In this document: in pieces, positions 38,038-48,959 of the stretch | How positions within the stretch are numbered: the stretch's first letter is position 1 | Layout of the letters: the number at the start of each line of letters is the position of its first letter | NCBI RefSeq assembly: GCF_030684315.1 | Contig: NC_081371.1 | Span: 9,307,441 to 9,371,440 of the forward strand | Direction of reading: 5' to 3' | Length of the DNA: 64,000 nt | Source of the DNA: Stegostoma tigrinum | Lineage: Eukaryota | The notes under the pieces: model-generated | What the model saw: the letters and a program-made list of their open reading frames with translations, nothing else | What the model was told of the DNA's origin: nothing | The model's database searches: none | Translations under genes and position numbers: made by a program

Positions 38038-38529
38038 GGATAAAATAACTTTGTACCCCACGCCATCAAATGGCTGTGGGTTTTGGATCCAGTTCTGGAA
38101 TGTCTGAGGAGGGAGTTGGCAAAGCGGGACCTCTCTATGGTCGTGCGAGGCCGCTGTTATGATTGGAATGTGATCGCGGCTTTTGCTTGCCCCAATGCCA
38201 AATTTGCTTGTGCCTCTCTGATTTTTTTAAACCCGACCTGCCATTGGCTCACTGCTACTGTTGGAGGCGTTTGTGCCTGAATGATGTGCAGAAATAAGGT
38301 GAACAAATAATTAGGAGGGATGGTTTAACAAAGGGAGCAGATGTTGTGCCAGAGCACTGAGATGCGAAGGTACACTAGCCAGAGTTAAAAAGCTAATCTG
38401 GAGCTGGATTCACACTCGGAAGTTATTAAACAGTTCAGCTTGTAGAGGACACCTGGATATTCCTGCCAGTATGTAGAGAGTGTCTGTCATAGTCAAAATG
38501 AAGGAGATTTGAAGTCTCATAATTTCCTG

Positions 38530-39320
38530 GCGTAGGAACAAGAGCAGGAGTAAGCCAAACAGCTCCACCATTCTAGATCATCTACTTCAATGTCATTTTC
38601 CTCTGTACTCTCCATATCTCTTGATGGCATTCATACTGAGAATCTGCTGACTCCACCTTGACCACGTTTGAGTGTCAGGACCGGTGAATTCCAAAGACTC
38701 ACCACTCTTCGAATGAAGAAATTCCTCCTCACTTGAGTCCTTGATGACACGCCCTTTTATTTGGAGACTGTATCTCCTGTTTCTCGACCCCAGAGCCACA
38801 GGAAGCAGACTTCCCGCACCTACCCTCATGAGTGCTTTGGGATTTGTACATTTAAATGCAATCACCTCATTCATTTTAGCCCAGTTCCCTGAATCTCTCA
38901 TAGTATAATCCCTTCCATCTGAGCAAGTAGCCTGGTGGGCCTCTGCTGCCCTCGGTGTTTGGACAGCAAGAGGCCAGCGCTGCCCACCAAGGAACAGCAG
39001 TCGGCCATTCGGCCCTTCAAGTCTCTTCTGGAATTCAGTGAACTCATGGCTGAGCGGTGGCTTAACTCTAACACTTCTTTGTCTGACAAAAACTAATCTA
39101 TCACCAATTTAGAATCCCCAACCGCTGGAAATAGTTTATCTTTATCTAACCTTTTCCTGTCAATATCTTTAAGACTCCAATCTAATCACCTCTTCACCTT
39201 CTAAATTCTAGAGAAAACAGACCTAATTTGTATAATCTCCCCTCAGAACACATGAAGTTCAGGTCTCATTCTTGTAAATCAATGCTGTATTCCCTCCAAG
39301 CTACTCCAGATGCACTGTTA
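38530..39320 (-). mobile_element. Two degraded CR1-like 3' fragments
   Basis: Antisense CR1 tails at about 38533 and 38990 (GTCGGCCATTCGGCCCTTCAAG), with GAATGAAGAAATTCCTCCTCA and CTTCTAAATTCTAGAG ORF2 remnants. Confidence 0.65.
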
Positions 39321-39456
39321 ACAAGATTGTCAATTCTGTGTTCCTTGTCAGTGAATTGATGGCAATATGGTGGAGCTATGCCGCTGTATTCCCAGGAAAC
39401 CTGCTGAAGTGGAAGCTCCCAGTTCACTCTTGGCGGAAAGAGGATCCCATTGGGAT

Positions 39457-39699
39457 TAAGAGAAAGAGTGTTGTGCCAGAGCACTGAGATGCGAAGGTAC
39501 ACAAGACAGAGTTAAAAAGCTTATCTAGAGCTGGATTCACGCTCCTTGGAAGTTATTAAATAGTTCAGCCAGTAGTTCAGAAAGGGTGCCGACCCAAAAC
39601 ATCAGCTTGTCTGTTCCCCTGATGCTACCTGGCCTGCTGCGTACTCCAGCTCCACGTTGTGTTATGTCTGACTCCAGCATCGGCAGCTCTTACTATCTC
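39457..39699 (+). mobile_element. Composite insertion: copy of local DNA plus PLE-derived HHR tail, flanked by TSD
   Basis: TCCCATTGGGAT at 39445-39456 and 39698-39709. 39469-39569 copies 38342-38439. 39575-39699 matches the PLE tail (GATGCTACCTGGCCTGCTG...CTCCAGCATCGGCAG..ACTATCTC). Confidence 0.75.
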
Positions 39700-42495
39700 C
39701 CATTGGGATCAGGGCTATTTGAATCCAGCTACAGCTCTCCAAGCCCCTGAGTTCAAGTCCTCAAACTGTAGCTTCAACACAAAGGAGGCATTGTTAAATT
39801 CCTCCACAAAAGATCTGCGTTTGTGTGAGATTGTGATCGTTTATATCCAGCTCAGTAAGCCGGAGAGATGTTGCGACAGTATGTTTGAAATTCGTAATCA
39901 CTGTGAGCAGTAATACTTGGAGTAGAATTGGCCATTAAGAATCCATTTCAGTCCTTGCTCAGGTACAAAGGCATCTTTTTACCCTTGAGATTTGATAGTG
40001 CTTTCCTCGCAAAAAAATCAAACCGGCTAGATGCACTTTAAGGGGCTAAATATGCTAAATGGGCTGATCGGTGCTTTGGGAGAAGATTTAGTGCTGGTTG
40101 CTCCCTTGCTTGTTGCTTTGAATGTTGAATGAAAAGCTATAGAAGCAATGTAATAGACAGCGCCAGTGAACACTTCACATCACTGCCACTTTGAGGACTG
40201 ACACGGATTTGGGATACATGTTATATCTCTGATCTGACGCACCCAGGCTTGGAGTTGTCGGAAACACCCCAAAGCCAGGCTTGCTAACATGGGATTCCAT
40301 TATTTGAAGGCGAGCAGAAGGCTGACTGTAGTGCCTTGAGGTTTCAGCAAGTTTGACCTGTGTATGGAAATGTTCTGTGCAGTAACCACAGTGTGGACAC
40401 CTTTGCAAACAGTTTCATTTTGTAAGCTTAATAAATTATGGATGAACCAGGTCAACCCCGAATCTGCCATTTTCGAGTGTTTAATTATACCAATAGATGC
40501 GCCCATTATGGCACGCAGAAAACTGAAATTACAGAATCCAGTAGGTGATCGGTAAGGCGTTTCTGGTCTATCGCTTGTCTGAAAAAGATATGTGCAAAAA
40601 TATTTTTTGTTTTGCGCAGAATCGCCGCCACATCTACTGTTTACCTTCAAAACAATCGTAGCAAACTTCAAAGCCAGGTAAAAAAGGTGTTTGGGGAGAA
40701 AAAAATGACTAGCATTTCACGTCGCCCTCATTGGCAGCTAGGTTTCTGTCATGACAACAATCTGTCCATAGCGCAATCCCATTAATTAGGAAGGTAAGAA
40801 CCAGGTAACCTTTTATGAGCAGTTACTGTTTTATGGGACATCGGGAGTGAACTCCCCTGCTCCTCCTCAAAATAGTGATGAGGAATCTTTGGATGATGGG
40901 ATTTGAGTTTGGCTACTTGTCAAGATGACAACATCGCCAAAAATGCAACTTCCTGTGCGTGGACCGCCAGCCTGGATTGCTACACATGGAGTTAGTGCTG
41001 AGCCCCCATGATCTGTCCTTTCATTGATATCAAGGTACTGCTTAACACGTGGTTCAAACAAATGTGCATTAAATTGCAGAAACTGTTCCTTTCCGGTTGG
41101 GGTTTGCCATGCATTCATCAACAATAAATGAGTAATGCCAAAGAAAGACCCACAGTGTGGTGGGCGCTATGAATCTGCAGCGATCTCCGAAAGTCCTGCT
41201 GCAAGATGATGTCGTACTCGATTCCTCCAAAGCTGTCATGATGCCTTCAGAGCACAGTGAGCGAAGTTTTGAGTCATAGTATATGATGTCCTCGTCAAGT
41301 ATAAAATAACATTGAATACTTGCCTGAACAGTCTGTGTACATCTCTCAAAGGATACCTTGTGTCCACGTGCAGAGTGGTCAACTGTGGATTGGAGAGAGC
41401 TGGACCTATTAGCTTCAATGATAACTTATTATTCATGTCAGAGGTGTCAACACAACCTAAAGTAGTGTAAGAACAACTAAAGTGATAGTCACAAGGGAAT
41501 AGTGTTATTCTGGCAACTACATGTTGTGACTTACAGATAGAGAAGTAGCTGCAGTTTCAACAGGCTCAAAAATACAGTCTTAAAGGAAAAACTGTGGATT
41601 TTTCAAGTGGCCCTCGTGTCTCTAAGCCCTTCTCAGCTCATGAAACATTTCAGAAGTGTTGTCCCTCTTGAACCAGCAGTGAAACAAATGATCAAGTAAC
41701 ATGTTTCAGTGGTGTTGGTTCAGTAATAAATACTGGCAAGCACTCCCCTGTGTTCTGTCTTAGATTACAAGGTAGTGAACTGAAGCTTAAACCTTACACA
41801 CGTCCTATAATCTTCTATTTACAGCAGTGCACATAACAAGCAAGCAGCTCTGAACTGAACAGCCGCAATTTCGAACTCTCCCATCCGTAGGAGCACTAGT
41901 GAATCCCCAGTGAATGCCTACTGCCTGAATACAACTAAGCATTCAATTAATATCATTAACATGACATTTTCATCAAAGCAGAGCCACGGGATCCTCTGCC
42001 CCACCTGAAGGGCAGACATTTAATATCCACCCTGAGGTATTCCTAGAGTATTCCCTCAGTACAGTACTGAAGCCCTGGGGTACAACTCAGACTTACAGCG
42101 TTCTGACCCAGGAAAGCTGAGTTTGCAGGTCATTGTTGAGGTAGGTTAAGAACTAAAAAGAAACTGAATTGAGTTGGAGAGCCCAGAGTTGGAGTGCACA
42201 AGTATTCGGGAGAGAGTTAATAAAAACACTTGAATTCATCAGTCTCAGATGAGTCACCTGTTGCTGAGAGACAGGCGGGACATTTTGTTTTAAAAGTCTT
42301 AACTTTTGAAGACTTTAATAATTTCAAGAGGGATGAATAAAGGACTCATATTCTCTATTTTGCTGCAGAATGCCTATTCTGGTTTCATGTAGGAATTCCA
42401 GGGCACTTCATATGTAGATTGGGTGGAGGAACGCAAGATGTAGATTTTTGAACTTTGAGTGGCACAGTGACGTATTGATGACCCCGTGAGATTTG

Positions 42496-43249
42496 TGCCA
42501 GGGAGCTGAGCAAGTGGTTACACACTGCTTTGGTGAGATTCTCTTTTGTAGTTACAACTCACAAGATTTCTGTACAAAATCAAAAGAAGATTACTATTTT
42601 TGGATGGGCCAAACAGCAGCTTCCGGGTGTGCAGACAGAGGGAGCGAGGACTCCTAGAGGCTTGAGCAGGACGAGTCAACAGTATGGGGATCTGCTGGGT
42701 GCTCCAACCAGGATTCAGTTCTCAATATTGGCATGGGTGATAGTTCCTTTGGGAAGCGGAGCCAACAACAAGCCCGTGGCCTTGTGGCTGGGTCAACTGT
42801 ACCAAGGCAGGAGGAATAATGGGCATCTTGCAGCTTCTGAATAGACAGATGATTCTGTGCCCTGATTCCAGGGTGGTTTGTTGCCCCCGCCCCCAGTACT
42901 AGGGTTAAAAATGCCACTGAGCAACTAGAGGCACATGGGATGAACAACCAGAATTAAAGATCCACATCAATAACAGTAGCACAGGTCAGAAGAAGCATGA
43001 GGTCCTGCTTGGAGGATTTTAGGAGCTCAGTAGGAGACTGTCAAACAGGACCTCAATGATTGTAAGCTGTGGATTACTCTCAGTGCCCATGCTACTGAGG
43101 GAACAAAGGGACATGGGATATCTGTGCAGAAATTGTTCGAACTGCCAGGGAGCTGAGCAAGTGGTTACACACTGCTTTGGTGAGATTCTCTTTTGTAGTT
43201 ACAACTCACAAGATTTCTGTACAAAATCAAAAGAAGATTACTATTTTTG
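42496..43249 (+). repeat. Perfect 107-bp direct repeat (42496-42602 and 43143-43249)
   Basis: TGCCAGGGAGCTGAGCAAGTGG...AAGAAGATTACTATTTTTG is identical in both copies on manual comparison. Confidence 0.92.
42640..43110 (+). mobile_element. Degraded CR1 ORF1 (esterase-like) fragment
   Basis: GACAGATGATTCTGTG..TCCAGGGTGGTTTGTTGCCCC..GATGAACAACCAGA..GATTTTAGGAGCT..AGGACCTCAATGATTGTAAGCTGTGGATTACTC resembles a decayed RMVCCLPGARV / EQPEVVVH / SRTS-VVISGLLPVP series. Confidence 0.6.
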
Positions 43250-43513
43250 CAACTCGACTATCTTCCTCTCATGTAATACCTCATCTCAACATGTGCATGG
43301 GTTAACTCCAAAGTTTTGGAATGGCTCCTCCCAATGATGGTTAAATGACTCTCTCTGAGAGGAGCTAATCAGTTGTAAGTTGGTCACTTTTGTTGGTCAG
43401 TTCTATAACCATGCAGCATAGACCTAGTTATTTTCTGTTTGGAGATTTGAGAAATAGTCTTTCACGTAGTGTTAATGCTGTTAACCAGCCTCCAGCTAAT
43501 ATAATCCTACGTC

Positions 43514-43744
43514 ATAACGGGGTACAAGTTGTATTGCTGGATGAACACAGCAGGCCAAGCAACATCAGAGGAGCAGGAAAGCTGACATTTCAGGCCTGGA
43601 CCCTTCTCCTGAAAACATTTCTGAAGGGTCCAGGCCCGAAATGTCAGCTTTCCTGCTCCTCTGATGCTGCTTGGCCTGCTGTGTTCATCCAGCTCTACAC
43701 CATGTTATCTCAGATTCTCCAGCATCTGCAGTGCCTACTATCTC
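43514..43744. mobile_element. Non-autonomous PLE-derived fold-back element with two opposed decayed HHRs
   Basis: Inverted arms GCTGGATGAACACAGCAGGCCAAGC..GCTGACATTTCAGGCCTGGACCCTTC and GAAGGGTCCAGGCCCGAAATGTCAGC..GTTCATCCAGC. Unpaired tail at 43709-43744. Confidence 0.85.
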
Positions 43745-43749
43745 ATGAT

Positions 43750-44785
43750 GTAGGATTAAATGTGTCTCTCTCTGATCAGTAGTTTGTGACTAATGGGATA
43801 CTGCAAGGAGTCGTGCATGTGCCCCAGCCCTTCACAATATCTATCATTGATTTGGAAGTGGGGTCCAACTGTAAAATTTCCAAAGTTGCCAGTGATTCAA
43901 AGGTAAGTACATATGTGTTGTGAGGAAGATATAGAGCAACTTCAGGACGATTTGGACTGGTTGTGTGAATTGGTAGGAACATGGAAAAACAAAGTTTGCC
44001 ATTTAGGTAGGAGAAACAGATTTGCAGCGTATTTCTGAAATATTAAGCATTTGGAAAGTGTCGAGTCGATCTGCAAAGGGACCTCTGTGTCCTTGTCAAT
44101 AAATTATTCGAAGCTCATATCTGTGTCTTGCAAGCAATTCGGAAGCCCGTTGGAATGTTAGCCTTTAAGATAAAAGGATTTGAGGACAGAAGTGGTGATG
44201 TCTTGCCTCGGTGGTCTTGGAGCTTGTTTGCACATCATCTGGGGTACTGTGTGCAGTTCTGCCCTCCGTATTGTGGAAAATATTACCGCAGAGGGAGTGC
44301 AATGAGGACTCACCAGACTTGTTCCCAGGATAGTGCAACTGACCTTTCAACAAACTTGGGGCAAACTGCATCTGTTTCACTCGAGTTTCAAAAATTGTGG
44401 TCTGACCTCATTGAACCCGACAAAACACTTAAGGGTTAGACAGGGTGGACGTGGGTAGGTTGTTTCCCTGGTTCAGGGAGTCAAGGGTAAGGAGGCACAG
44501 TTTAGAATTCAGAGGAATACCAGTGAGGTCTGAGATGAGGAGAAATAGTTTTACTCACAGGGTTATGAACCTTTGGAATTCTTTCCCGCGAGGCCTGTCG
44601 AAGCTCAGTAATGGAGTATATTTAAGGTAGAGATTGATTGATAGATTTCTGACTACCAGTAGAGTGCAGGGTTATGGGAATGTGGTGAATAAAAGGCAGG
44701 GATGTCTTTGATCAGCCACGGTTGTATAAAATGGCACAGGAGGAGCAATGGGCTGAATGACCTATTCCTAGTCCGACATTCTTGT
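43750..44785 (+). mobile_element. CR1-like LINE, RT to 3' end, degraded
   Basis: Decayed VT-G--QGSV / FTI-I-DL / ISK-A-D-K / HLGYCVQFCP / RRNSFTHRVMNLWNSFP series and a 3' UTR with GGGCTGAATGACCTATTCC. Confidence 0.8.
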
Positions 44786-44915
44786 TGCCCAAGTACACGC
44801 TCCTTTGGCCATAAAGTGGTTAATCTTTCACTTAATACCTCTTAGTTATGTGGACTAGTGTTAGTGAACAAGATTGTTACAACAATGAAAGACTTTCAAT
44901 CTCTGGTATTGCGCT

Positions 44916-45232
44916 GAGAATCCCCACAGTAGGGAAGCAGCCATTCAGTCCACACCAACTTTCGGAAGACCAACCTCTGTACCACTAATTTACCACAGCT
45001 AATCCATTTGGCCAACATATTGTTGGACACTCTGGGCAATTTAGCACAGCCAATCCACCAAACCTGCAAATCTTTGTGACTGTGGGAGGAAACTGGAGCA
45101 CCCGGAGGAAACCCATGCAGACATGGGGAGAACATGCAAGCTTTATACAGACAGTCGCCCGAAGGTGGAATCGAACCCAGATCCCTGGTGCTGTGAGGCA
45201 GCAGTGCTAACCATTGAGCCACTGTGCTGCCC
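44916..45232 (-). mobile_element. HE1-like tRNA-derived SINE, full length
   Basis: Antisense head GGGCAGCACAGTGGCTCAATGGTTAGCACTGCTGCCTCACAGCACCAGGGATCTGGGTTCGATTCC, with core and tail. Confidence 0.88.
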
Positions 45233-45394
45233 TTGAGATGAAGGAGATCAAACAGTGTCACTTGACAAATGGAGCACTTTTGAAGTCAAATAGGTTTGGA
45301 GCGAGTTTGAAACAAATATTGGTAATGCCTGATCTTCAAGTCATTCTGTTTAGTCAGTGTGTAATAATTGAGAATAAATCTAATTACAGCCACG

Positions 45395-45545
45395 TAAACA
45401 AGAAGATGAGTAAAATCAATGTGTGTCTATCACTGTGTAAATAGGGCGATGAGTAATTCCAATGCTGCATATCCCTGTGTAAATAGGGAGACGCGTGAGT
45501 CAATTTGTGTATATTTCTGTGAATAAGGAGATAAGTAAAGTCAGT
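45395..45545 (+). repeat. ~42-bp degenerate minisatellite (about 3.5 units)
   Basis: TGTGTAAATAGGG recurs at 45434 and 45476, and in degenerate form at 45518. Confidence 0.75.
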
Positions 45546-45819
45546 GGGGACTACGTTAGTGAGCCCCTGACACACAACCACGATGTGTGATTGTCCTGTG
45601 CCCATTGATTGCAATGTAGATGGCACGCCAACTCTCTGCTGCCTGGTGAATTGAATGATATTCAGTAACTGCACCGTTGATTTGATTTTATTTTGCGCTG
45701 GACACATCGGAGGGGGCCACTAACCAGCAAACACCACAGTAAAGTGGGTTTGCACTGTCAGAACCCAAACTGGGCATCAGTGAGTGGGTTATTGCTCAGC
45801 ACGTGCTGCTTAATAACAC

Positions 45820-46452
45820 AGTCACCCTACTGTACATCAGAGATGACCACAAGACTACTCAGACCCCTAGGTACTAGGTTGCCCACAAATCTCAGAACCA
45901 CCCTGCGACAGCTACTGATGAGTGTAAAGGATCCCGTACCCATAACCAATAAAACTAACGTGACATACAAAATACCATGCAAGCACTGTAAGAAACACTG
46001 GATAGACCAAACTGGAAGAAAACTGACAATAGGGATACGCGAACACCAACTAGCCACTAAGAGACACAACTACACTCACTGGTCTCAATACACATGGATA
46101 AAGGACACGAATTCAACTGGGCCAACACACCCATAACAGCACGAGCCAAACAGAGACGTGCCAGGGAATTCCTGGAGGCCTGACATTCCAACTGGAACTC
46201 CGTTAACAAGCATGTTGAACTGGACCCGACATACAAACCACTGAGAAACAGAACTGGAAGTGATGCTCACCATCCCAGAAAACCAAGGCATATAAATAAC
46301 GCGCGGGACAGAACACCAGCGCTTCACCAGGGGCGCACTGATGATGTTACCTAGCGGGGTGATGAAACATCTGCAACCAAACATGCCAGCTCGCTGACCA
46401 AGTCGACAGCCTCATCCACATCCCGAAATACAATTCTTCTCAAAAACTTTAA
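45820..46452 (+). mobile_element. Penelope-like element (second lineage), GIY-YIG and 3' end, frameshifted
   Basis: SEMTTRLLRPLG...TLRQLLMSVKDPVP..KTNVTYKIPCKHCKKHWIDQTGRKL..IREHQLA, followed by a decayed REFLEA-HS..VNK motif. Confidence 0.82.
46335..46374 (+). ncRNA. Minimal type I hammerhead ribozyme motif in PLE 3' region
   Basis: GCA-CTGATGA-T-GTTACC-TAGCGG-GGTGAT-GAAA-C-ATC-TGC. Stem I is GCA/TGC and stem II is GTTACC/GGTGAT. Confidence 0.7.
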
Positions 46453-46469
46453 GCTTGATAACACCATCG

Positions 46470-48365
46470 ATGGCACCTTCCGTCACTTCACCGATAATTT
46501 ACAAGCAGATGAATGGACAGTAAATGAATCGGGTAGATCTGTCCTGCTTTCTGTGTGAAGGACATATCTGGGCAATTCTCCATGTTGTCGGGTAGATACC
46601 AGTGTTGTGACTGTACTGGAACAGCTTAGCTTGGGGAGCGGCAGGTTTTGGAGCGCAAGTCTTCAGTAATAATATCGGAATGTTGTCAGAGCCCACAGCT
46701 TTTACAGTATCCAGTGTCTCCAACCACCAACTCTTGATATCATATGGAATGAATCAAATTGGCGTCAGTGATACTAGGGATTACTGGAGGAGGCCGTGAT
46801 AGATCATCCACTTGGCACTTCTGGCTGAGGATTGCTGTATATGCTTCAGCCTTATCTTTTCCACTGATGTATTGCCACATCATTGAGGCCGGCAATTCTT
46901 GTGAAGCTGCCTCCCCCAGTGAGTCGTTTAATTGCCCATCACCATTTGTGACGAGATGTGGGAGAACTGCAGAGCTATTGGCTGGCCTTCACTTGCTGCT
47001 ATTACCGTTGGGCATGCAAGTAGTCTTGTTTGGGTAGCTTCACCAGGCTGATGCCTCATCTTACACGCAGGAATGCGTTGAGTGACCAACACGCAGGCTA
47101 AAGGAAGGGAGGTCATGGATGAGATGCCTCGGGATGCCCCCCCCCCCCCACCCCCCGCCGCTCTCTCTGACAGATGTCCCATTTTGAATATTGCTGGGGG
47201 AGATGACCTTCGGAGGGTAGCAATGGGAGCCATGTCCATGGTACCATGGATGGCACTGCCATGTAGTTAAAGGCGTGTTGGAGTATAGTTCTGCTGCTGC
47301 TGATGGCCCACATCACTCCATGGATGCCCACTGCTGAGTAGCTAAACGACTCTTAAGTGTATCTCACTCAGCATGGTGATATTGCCATATCGTATAATCA
47401 TGGTTAATCTCTACGTGAGGACTCGACTTGGTCTCCCCAAGGGCAGATGCATCTGCGGCAGACAGTCTGTTTATCAGTCTTGTTGGTTCCTTCACCACTT
47501 GCCACAGACTGAGCTAGCAGCAATGTCCTTCAGGACTTGACCAGCTCTGTCAGCAGTGCTGCCCCAAGCCATTCTTGTTGGTAGATCCTGAAGTCTTCTG
47601 CCCAGCGCAGATTCTGCACCCTCACCTTCCGTGGTGCTTCCTTCAAATGATCTTCAGCATTAAGGAATGCAGAATTGTCAGGTAAGAGGTGGGTGAGGCA
47701 GGGATGGGGGCGAAGACAGGGATGCATGTGCTAATCAGCTGGAGATATTTTCCTTGGCCCGTGTTTGCCCTGAGGCCATGAGATTTTGAGGGTCTGGAGT
47801 CAATGTTGTGAACTTCCAGGCCAATTCCACTGTGTGCTGCCACTCCTGCTGGGTCTATCCTGCCAATGGAACAGGACAGAGCCAGATGGTGATGGTGGTA
47901 CCTGGGACACGATTTGTGAGGTATCATTCCCTGAGTCTGACTATGTCAGGGTGCTTGACTATTCTGTGAAACAGTTCTCCCAATTTTTGTGCGAGCCCAC
48001 CGATCTTAGGAAGAAGGACCTTGTAGGGTTGATAAGGTTATGATTGCCTTGGTTGAGTTTCACCTGGTTGAGTTCCAATCTTGAGGCTTTCTAATGATTG
48101 ATACAGTAAGCTTACGGGGTGATCTCAAAGGGCAACTGAGAGTCAACCGCACAGCAGTGGGTCTAGAGTAGGCCGATTTCACTCAGACAGCTGTTGACTT
48201 TCCCAAGGAAATTAGTGAACCAGATGGATCGTTGATACCAAATGACAATTACTTCTTGGCCCTGTCGGACTTTTATTTCCAGATATTTATTGTTTTGAAA
48301 ATTCAGTATCTGCCATACCTGATCTATGTATTACTCGTCCTGCAACAATGCCTTCACTTTTGTAG
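46470..48365 (-). mobile_element. APE-type LINE (CR1/L2/Jockey group): 5' region, endonuclease and RT N-terminus, degraded
   Basis: LDTVKAVGSDNIPILLLKTCAP..KLFQYSHNTGIYPTTWRIAQICP.HRKQD (pre-RT), plus decayed endonuclease motifs HL-EA-R--R-QN--W--DF----QEWLG and GL--KLGEL-HR-VK. Confidence 0.75.
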
Positions 48366-48959
48366 CATATTAAGTTGCACAGCATCCAATAAAGGGCACT
48401 GACAATCCCAATTTCCTGTCCACGTGTGCATCGCAGTATAGAAACTGAAAAATAACGATAGGTCAAACATTTTCCTCTTGAGCTGCCTCGAATCATGTTA
48501 GCACGACTCTTTTCAGAATTGTCAGCAGCTCTCGCTCGCTTCATTGCTGGAGAGAGCCCTGTTGGTAAAATTGTGCTTCTGAATGGTTGACAGAGTCCAT
48601 GGTAGTGTCTTCCACTCCTTTCCAATGTCCACTTAGTGCCACATTTTTCCACTTGCTGTATCAACATCGCCGTGTCTCAAATCAGCTGCAGGTTTAGCCA
48701 GGCTTGCAGTGTTTGAGATATCTCCATGTCAACTGATCGCTTGTAATTTTGGGCTGTGGCATGCCTGAACTCTACTCTGGCTACATGGCCAGGGTGCACT
48801 GGTTCAGCTGTCCTGGAGTCACCAGTCGGAAACCTTCCTTTTCATGGGTTTCCTTCCATTGGATTTCCCATTCTGCCAGTGGGAATAACTGACAAACTGC
48901 TCCATAACAGAATATTCAGATTATCCAAATTTAACTCAACATAGTTTCATTGTCATTTC

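Noticed and set aside
41751-41961. Short solo LTR (TG...CA) inside a decayed DeuSINE
   Set aside because: No TSD was found and there is no second copy in the window.
45395-45545. CRISPR-like repeat-spacer array
   Set aside because: The whole 42-bp unit is repeated with decay, there are no unique spacers or cas genes, and the context is vertebrate.
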